From contig JAJYLE010000001.1 of NCBI GenBank assembly GCA_021788025.1, positions 1 to 59,339 of the forward strand: DNA of 59,339 nucleotides, written 5' to 3'. Positions 53,438 through 59,339 of this stretch are shown one piece after another (positions within the stretch are counted from its first letter, which is position 1; each line of letters opens with the position of its first letter). Position numbers and translations under genes: made by a program. Under the pieces are notes generated by a model, which was given only the letters and a program-made list of their open reading frames with translations, searched no databases and had not been told where the DNA came from. The DNA comes from Nitrospirota bacterium (GTDB lineage Bacteria > Nitrospirota > Thermodesulfovibrionia > Thermodesulfovibrionales > JdFR-88).

Positions 53438-54279
53438 CCTGGTTTAAAAAAGAAAAAGAGTCCCTGAAGAAGGTAAAGATACCCGAAGGGTCCTGGGTTA
53501 AATGCGATGGCTGCAAGGAGATAATATACCGCCGTGAGATGGAGCGGAACCTGAAGGTATGCCCCAAGTGCAATTACCATTTCAGGATAGACGCACGGGA
53601 GAGGATACGTCTTCTGTTTGACCAGGGCAGTTTCATTGAATACGATGAGGCGATAACATCAGGCGATCCCCTGGATTTCCGCGATTCTGTCCCGTACGCC
53701 GACAGGCTGAAAACCAATGCCGCCAAAACCGGCATGCTTGAGGCGGCGGTCTCCGGGACGGCAACCGTGGAAGGCACAAGCGTATCAGCCGTCATAATGG
53801 ATTTCTCATTCATGGGCGGCAGCATGGGTTCCGCCGTGGGGGAAAAGATAATGAGGGCGGCAGAGCGCGCCCTGGAGCAGAAGATTGCCCTTATAACCGT
53901 ATCTTCTTCCGGAGGGGCCAGGATGCAGGAGGGGCTCTTCTCGCTTATGCAGATGGCGCGTGTTTCCGCGGCCATAGGCAGGCTTAAGCAGGAGGCCATA
54001 CCGTATATTTCCATATTGGCAGACCCCACATTCGGCGGGGTGACGGCCAGTTTTGCGATGCTCGGGGACGTCATAATCGCGGAGCCAAGAAGCCTGATAG
54101 GCTTTGCCGGGCCAAGGGTGATAGAGCAGACCATAAAGCAGCAATTGCCGGACAATTTTCAGAGGGCCGAATTCCTGCTGGAGCACGGCCTGATAGATAT
54201 GGTTGTGCACCGGAAGGAAATAAAGCCGGTGATCAAAAAGATACTTCTGCACCTGGCCCCGGCGCATGAGGTACGATGA
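53434..54279 (+). CDS. accD: Acetyl-CoA carboxylase carboxyltransferase subunit beta
   Basis: 281 aa with an N-terminal zinc ribbon (CDGCKEIIY...CPKCNYHFR) and FSFMGGSMGSAVGEK. Confidence 0.9.
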   Translation: MTWFKKEKESLKKVKIPEGSWVKCDGCKEIIYRREMERNLKVCPKCNYHFRIDARERIRLLFDQGSFIEYDEAITSGDPLDFRDSVPYADRLKTNAAKTGMLEAAVSGTATVEGTSVSAVIMDFSFMGGSMGSAVGEKIMRAAERALEQKIALITVSSSGGARMQEGLFSLMQMARVSAAIGRLKQEAIPYISILADPTFGGVTASFAMLGDVIIAEPRSLIGFAGPRVIEQTIKQQLPDNFQRAEFLLEHGLIDMVVHRKEIKPVIKKILLHLAPAHEVR

Positions 54280-55627
54280 GGCGCTTAAGTACCTATTTGG
54301 CCTCCAGAAACATGGCATAAAACTGGGGCTTGAAAACCCCGGGAAGCTGCTGAAGGCCCTGGGGATGCCAAAAGGCATATTCCCCTCCGCACACAAGACC
54401 ACAGACCACATCAAAGATCCTGCGCAGGAATTTGCCCCTTGCCGGTTTATACACGTTGCGGGCACAAATGGCAAAGGCTCCACGTGCGCGGCAACGGCTT
54501 CCATATTCAGGGCGGCCGGCTTCCGGACCGGCCTGTTTACCTCTCCGCACCTGTTGAGTTTTACCGAACGGATATCGGTGGACGGCGTTCAGATAAGCCG
54601 GGACGATGTTGTGCGGCTTGCCGGGGAAGTGGCTGAAACGGCCCGCGGCAAACTGCCAGACATGAGCCCCACCTTCTTCGAGGTGGTGACGGCGATGGGG
54701 TTCCTTTATTTCAGGGAGCGCGGCGTTGAAAGGGCCGTAATCGAGACCGGTATGGGCGGCAGGCTGGACGCCACAAACGTGATTACCCCGGCGGTGTCCG
54801 TGATTACCCCCGTGTCCATGGACCACATGGAGTTCCTTGGCGGCACACTGGAAAAGATAGCCGCCGAAAAGGCAGGGATAATAAAAAAATCCGTTCCGCT
54901 GGTCCTGGCGCCCCAGCCGCAGGAGGCCATGCAGGTGATTGAAAAACAGGCGGCGCGCATGCGTGCAAAGATATATGCTTACGGGAAAGAGTTCAGCGCA
55001 AGCCTAAAGGATATATCGGCCAGTGGCATACAATTTGATTATCTTTCCCCGGGGTTTGAATTGAGGGACATCTCTTTTCCTCTGCCGGGGCGGTTCCAGG
55101 CGGTAAATGCCTCTGTGGCCATCACGGCCGCCAGGCTGGCCGGCATTGAAGATGAAGAAGCCATAAGAAAAGGGCTTGCTCTTGCGGAGCTTCCGGGCCG
55201 GTTTGAACTGCTGGCGGAAAAGCCGGAAACCAGACTTGACGGCGCCCATAACCCGGAGGCGGCGCGCGCCCTTGCCGCGCTGGTAAAAGAGATTTATCCG
55301 GAAAGAAAAGTAATTCTGGTTGCCGGCATAATGGCCGACAAGGACATAAGAGGAGTGCTCGAGGTCCTTCTGCCGCTGGCCGCAAAGACCGTTTTTACAG
55401 CCCCGGCCTATGGGAGGGCGGCCGCGCCGGAACTGCTTGCGGAGTTCGCTAGCACGCTGGGTTATACGGAGTGCGAGTGCGTGGCCACAGTGCAGGCGGC
55501 CCTTGCTAGGGCGCGAACCCTGGCAGGCCCGGACGGCCTTGTGCTGGTGGCAGGCTCCTTCTATACTGCGGGCGAGGCCAAAGAGGCATTTGCGGGCGGC
55601 GGCACGCTTGCAGGCCTGAGGGAATAA
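54266..55627 (+). CDS. folC: Bifunctional folylpolyglutamate synthase / dihydrofolate synthase
   Basis: 453 aa with HVAGTNGKGST, a Mur-ligase fold and DGAHNPEAA. The accD-folC order is widely conserved. Confidence 0.9.
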   Translation: MRYDEALKYLFGLQKHGIKLGLENPGKLLKALGMPKGIFPSAHKTTDHIKDPAQEFAPCRFIHVAGTNGKGSTCAATASIFRAAGFRTGLFTSPHLLSFTERISVDGVQISRDDVVRLAGEVAETARGKLPDMSPTFFEVVTAMGFLYFRERGVERAVIETGMGGRLDATNVITPAVSVITPVSMDHMEFLGGTLEKIAAEKAGIIKKSVPLVLAPQPQEAMQVIEKQAARMRAKIYAYGKEFSASLKDISASGIQFDYLSPGFELRDISFPLPGRFQAVNASVAITAARLAGIEDEEAIRKGLALAELPGRFELLAEKPETRLDGAHNPEAARALAALVKEIYPERKVILVAGIMADKDIRGVLEVLLPLAAKTVFTAPAYGRAAAPELLAEFASTLGYTECECVATVQAALARARTLAGPDGLVLVAGSFYTAGEAKEAFAGGGTLAGLRE

Positions 55628-57873
55628 TGCCTGGTTTTAAATCTCAAATTTTAAATTGTAAAGTAAGCGCAATGGCATGCAAAAAAACAATCCCTGCATG
55701 TCTTCTGGTCCTCCTAGGCATTCTCTTTCCCAAGATTGCCCTGGCCATCCAGACGGATATATATTCCCAGCAGCTTACATCCAGCAAGGGCCAGTATTTT
55801 TTCCATCATTCGGTGCGCGTGGTGAGAAATGATTTCACCGCGACATCGGATAACGCGATTTATAACGCAACAACAAAAGAGTTCCATTTTATGGGGCACT
55901 TCTTTTTCGAAGACCCCTTTGTAAAGATAAACTCAGACTCGGCTGTTTTAAACGTGGATGACAGGAGCGGGACTATTTACAACGGGACGATTTTTTTCAA
56001 GAAAGAGCACTCCCGGCTGAAAGGCGTCCGCATTGAAAAAAGTTCCGGCCCGCCGGAAGAGGCAACCTATAAGGTTTTCGAGGGCGCGTATACGGCATGC
56101 AAGTCCGACTGCCCGGACTGGTCCATAGGCGGCCGCAGGATTACGGTAAACCCCAGCGGAATGGCCGTGGCTACCGACGCCACATTTATGGTTAAGGACA
56201 CGCCGGTGCTCTACGCCCCGGTTTTCCCCGCCCCGGTTTTCAAAGAGAAGAAGTCCGGCTTTCTAAGCCCAACCTTCGGCTTCAGCACGTTCTCCGGCTT
56301 CCGCATGGACCTGCCCTATTATTGGGTTATATCGGACAAGGAGGATTTGACCGCGGCGCTGGAAGTGCATTCCAGAAGGGCCGCGGGGGCAGTTTTGGAC
56401 GGCAGGTTCCTGGAGCTCAACGGACTTGAGGGAGAGGACAAGCTTACATACCTTAATGACTGGAAGGACAATAAAAATTACCTGGCATTGAGCGGTACCC
56501 AGATAGTGCCTTTCGGGTTTTTAGCCGTGGACGTGGTCAATCACGGGGATTTTCACCAGCTTTTCAACCAGAATTTCGAACAGCGGGCCAGGCGCTATCT
56601 GGAATCCGATGGAGAGGCAAGGCTCTATTACCCGGGCACCGGCAAGCTGTACTTGCAGACAAGGTATTTTGAGGACCTTGCCCCCGGCGCGGACCAGCAA
56701 TCGGTTCCGGAGCGGCTGCCCACCCTTGGTTTTTTTCTCTATCCGCGCCAGTTGGGATCGGTGCTTGGCAGCCCCTTTATCCTGGAAGGCCGGACGGAAG
56801 ATTCCTACTTCTGGCGTGAGCACGGGCAATCGGCAGACAGGCTTGAAATTGCCCCGCGCATTTCATATGTATTTGGTGACGGGCTGGACATTTATCAGGC
56901 GGCGGGTGCTTCATTGAGGTCCTACCAGCTCACCGGCCCCACCCAGGATTTTGCAGAGGCTGTAACGCAATACCAGGCAACCGCAACTGCCAGACTGCGC
57001 AGGACCTTCGGAAACGGCATAACACATTACCTGGAACCAAGCGTCGGTTTTCTGTATCAGGATGTGGCCGGGCAGCAGTCCCCGGTGGTTTTTGATGAGC
57101 TGGAAACCCAGACCAGGGAGGCCCTTATCCAGTTCCAACTGGAAAACAGACTAAAGAATAAAGGCGGGCAGTTCATGGAATTCAGGGTGACGGACCAGTA
57201 CGATGCAAGGCAGGACTATCACCCTTTGCAGCCATTGAATATCAACCTTTGGACAACAAAGCCTTTTTACATCAATTCTGTACTTACTTTGGACCCGTAT
57301 AGCAGGAATGTAGGCACGTTTGAAGCGGATTCCAGCTTCAAAGTCGCCAAAGCCACCTCTGTTTCCATAAGCGAGCGTTTTTCGAGGCTGGACAACACAT
57401 GGCTAAATACAGTAGGTGTTCAAAGGCAGCTAACCAAAAAATTATGGAGCGAAGCCAGCCTGTGGTATGATCTGCGCGGCGGGGGGTTCCAGTTGTTCCA
57501 CACAACGCTTGTTTACAAGACCGAATGCTGGGGGGCACGGCTGGTCTTCAGCCGGAAACCCGGGGACACATCGGTTTACTTTAACGTTCAGTTGCAAGGA
57601 ATCGGCCAGGGCTCCGCAAATGAGCCCACAAGCCCGGCCCCCGTTCCGCTTATTACGCCAGTGCCGTCTGGCAAAACAGCGCAAAATATAACGGCGCCCG
57701 ATTGGTCTTCCATGTGGTCATCTGCGGCGGGGGCAAACGGCCAGCCGCTACAGGCGGATGAAAACTCCATGATAAATGATGGGGGCATTCATGTTCCGGC
57801 TGAGTGGATGACGGACATGACGGCACAGGATAATCAGCCAGCGGCGCCCGGCCCCTTTCCTCAAACGGACTAG
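55627..57873 (+). CDS. lptD: LPS-assembly outer-membrane protein LptD (OstA family)
   Basis: 748 aa (alternative start 55672) with a signal peptide, an OstA-like N-domain, the KKSGFLSPTFGFS....G......PYYW motif, a beta-barrel-like remainder and a low-complexity C-terminal tail. Confidence 0.75.
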   Translation: MPGFKSQILNCKVSAMACKKTIPACLLVLLGILFPKIALAIQTDIYSQQLTSSKGQYFFHHSVRVVRNDFTATSDNAIYNATTKEFHFMGHFFFEDPFVKINSDSAVLNVDDRSGTIYNGTIFFKKEHSRLKGVRIEKSSGPPEEATYKVFEGAYTACKSDCPDWSIGGRRITVNPSGMAVATDATFMVKDTPVLYAPVFPAPVFKEKKSGFLSPTFGFSTFSGFRMDLPYYWVISDKEDLTAALEVHSRRAAGAVLDGRFLELNGLEGEDKLTYLNDWKDNKNYLALSGTQIVPFGFLAVDVVNHGDFHQLFNQNFEQRARRYLESDGEARLYYPGTGKLYLQTRYFEDLAPGADQQSVPERLPTLGFFLYPRQLGSVLGSPFILEGRTEDSYFWREHGQSADRLEIAPRISYVFGDGLDIYQAAGASLRSYQLTGPTQDFAEAVTQYQATATARLRRTFGNGITHYLEPSVGFLYQDVAGQQSPVVFDELETQTREALIQFQLENRLKNKGGQFMEFRVTDQYDARQDYHPLQPLNINLWTTKPFYINSVLTLDPYSRNVGTFEADSSFKVAKATSVSISERFSRLDNTWLNTVGVQRQLTKKLWSEASLWYDLRGGGFQLFHTTLVYKTECWGARLVFSRKPGDTSVYFNVQLQGIGQGSANEPTSPAPVPLITPVPSGKTAQNITAPDWSSMWSSAAGANGQPLQADENSMINDGGIHVPAEWMTDMTAQDNQPAAPGPFPQTD

Positions 57874-57880
57874 GACCTGT

Positions 57881-58828
57881 TTACAGCCATCCTTTAGCTG
57901 TTTTTGGAATGCGGGCAAGGAGGCCCTTGGGCAACCAGCTGGCCATCCACAGCAAGGCCCATCGCGCCAGGAACTCCATACGGAACTCCTCAAAAAGGAA
58001 CCTGCGGGCCTCCCGGCCTTTGCCTTCCAGGATAAGCGATTGGCTGTAAGATATCAGGTGAGAGTACCCCCTGCCAATCAACAAACCGGAATATTGAGGA
58101 TAGTTTTTTGCCAGCCCTACAAGGGTCTTTCCTATTTGTTTATGAAATTCATTTCTGTTTGTGACCTTTGCCGTGCTTAGAGGAACATCTATATGAAGAT
58201 ATAATGAGAGGTGGCAAATCAAAACCCTGGGCTGAGCTGCCGCGCACCGCAGTATAAACTCACTTATCTCTCCATATCTCATGTTTTCGTTAAATCCGCC
58301 CAGCCGTTCAAATAAAGATTTTTTCATGAACAGGCCATCACTGGGCCAGCCGGAAACAGTCAGCTGTTCAAGCGCATCATCGAAAACTTTGGTCTCCTTG
58401 TTGACCTCTTCCCTGTTTATGTCTTTCATATAGTAACGTGTGGTTTTCCCGTTCACCTGCCAGTCATAAGCGGACATCATCCATTCGGCCTTTTGGCCCT
58501 CCCAAAGACAAGCTATCTCCTGTTCCAGCTTAAAAGGGTAATAGCAGTCATCGGCGTCGATAAATGCTACATATTCGCCGGAAGCGGCGCGGACGGCTAC
58601 ATTTCGCGCGGCAGCCGGCCCTCTGTTAGTCTGCCGCAGAAGCTTGATTCTAGGATTTCCGCTGGGAATGGCGTCCGATGATCCGTCCGTGGAACCATCA
58701 TCGACAATAATCAATTCCCAGTTCGCATAAGTCTGCTCCAATACGCTTTTTACTGCCCTGGCAACGTATTGCCTTTTGTTATAAAGCGGCATTATAACGC
58801 TTATCAGAGGGCCGTTTTTCATAAGCAT
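57881..58828 (-). CDS. Family 2 glycosyltransferase
   Basis: 315 aa with ISVIMPLYNKRQYVARAVKSVLEQTYANWELIIVDDGSTDGS and FIDADD (DXD). Confidence 0.85.
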   Translation of the reverse strand: MLMKNGPLISVIMPLYNKRQYVARAVKSVLEQTYANWELIIVDDGSTDGSSDAIPSGNPRIKLLRQTNRGPAAARNVAVRAASGEYVAFIDADDCYYPFKLEQEIACLWEGQKAEWMMSAYDWQVNGKTTRYYMKDINREEVNKETKVFDDALEQLTVSGWPSDGLFMKKSLFERLGGFNENMRYGEISEFILRCAAAQPRVLICHLSLYLHIDVPLSTAKVTNRNEFHKQIGKTLVGLAKNYPQYSGLLIGRGYSHLISYSQSLILEGKGREARRFLFEEFRMEFLARWALLWMASWLPKGLLARIPKTAKGWL

Positions 58829-59182
58829 GGAATTTAGAATACAAATTCTATACCGCCAGACAACAAGGCAATGGCAGCAACTGCTTATTTCTGGAATATT
58901 CTTTGTTTTTAATAATTTTATGATCCAACTATTTTTTTTTGCCTAATATAAAAAAATTTTTGGATGTCTAAGCATAAAAATTGGCTCCGAATGACACATT
59001 TAATTTGTTTATTTTTGATACATAATTGGAGATTCGATGTTCAAAGTGCAAAGGACATAGGCCGCGGGCAGTCCCGTCCAGCTTTTGGCCTGTCATCCGG
59101 AATCAAGAGTCTGGGCCGTGGGCGGCTTGAAAAGGTGCTCATGCAGAGTTTATAATGATTCTCTGCTTTATAATTATAGCAA

Positions 59183-59255
<73 letters not shown>

Positions 59256-59265
59256 ACTTAAAAAT

Positions 59266-59296
59266 CAAGGGGTTAGGAGATTTTTCCTGCCCCTTT
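59266..59296 (+). terminator. Terminator-like hairpin after tRNA-Lys
   Basis: AAGGGG-17-nt loop-CCCCTT followed by TTCGCTTTT. The loop is rather large. Confidence 0.45.
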
Positions 59297-59339
59297 TCGC
59301 TTTTAAAAGCCCCCACTGTGCCAAAACTGTGACACACTG

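Noticed and set aside
58964-59155. 63-aa plus-strand ORF in the AT-rich spacer before tRNA-Lys
   Set aside because: It has no RBS. Its composition is atypical and its Leu/Ile/Lys-rich translation is that of AT-rich non-coding DNA.

Overview
This is a 59.3-kb chromosomal window, densely coding on both strands. It comes from a moderately GC-rich diderm bacterium (LptD, MtgA, SppA). The gene content looks anaerobic and sulfate-reducer-like: qmoABC next to a membrane H+-pyrophosphatase, an archaeal-type split glutamate synthase, YkgJ-type Cys-cluster proteins and DUF1858. I call about 50 protein genes, one tRNA-Lys(CTT), one regulator gene broken by an 11-bp tandem duplication, several intrinsic terminators and a few sigma70-like promoters. 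I see no rRNA, CRISPR array, transposase, integrase, prophage or recognisable defence genes. Housekeeping blocks are smc, ribH-nusB, hisH, mtgA and trpB-trpA-accD-folC-lptD. Accessory blocks are (1) qmoABC-hppA without aprBA, (2) an inositol operon (ino1, CDP-alcohol phosphatidyltransferase, GATase1), (3) an acyl-ligase/ACP/PlsC fusion coupled to an IMPase, (4) three consecutive HD-superfamily genes, (5) two paralogous lipoproteins flanking a Tat-signal PEBP protein, and (6) a YkgJ-like gene coupled to a two-component system. The least explained signals are non-coding. Two unrelated repeat families, each present twice, fill four of the longest intergenic gaps. Family 1 has a covarying long-range helix and family 2 has a conserved nested ATGACA/TGTCAT palindrome. 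A near-identical 28-nt motif also sits directly after the smc and dgt stop codons. I also flag a small Cys-rich ORF with an in-frame TGA followed by a hairpin, and two small Cys-rich ORFs below the ORF-track size cut-off or coupled to known genes. I cannot name a complete novel multi-gene system with confidence. All functional calls rest on remembered family signatures and motifs, not on database searches.
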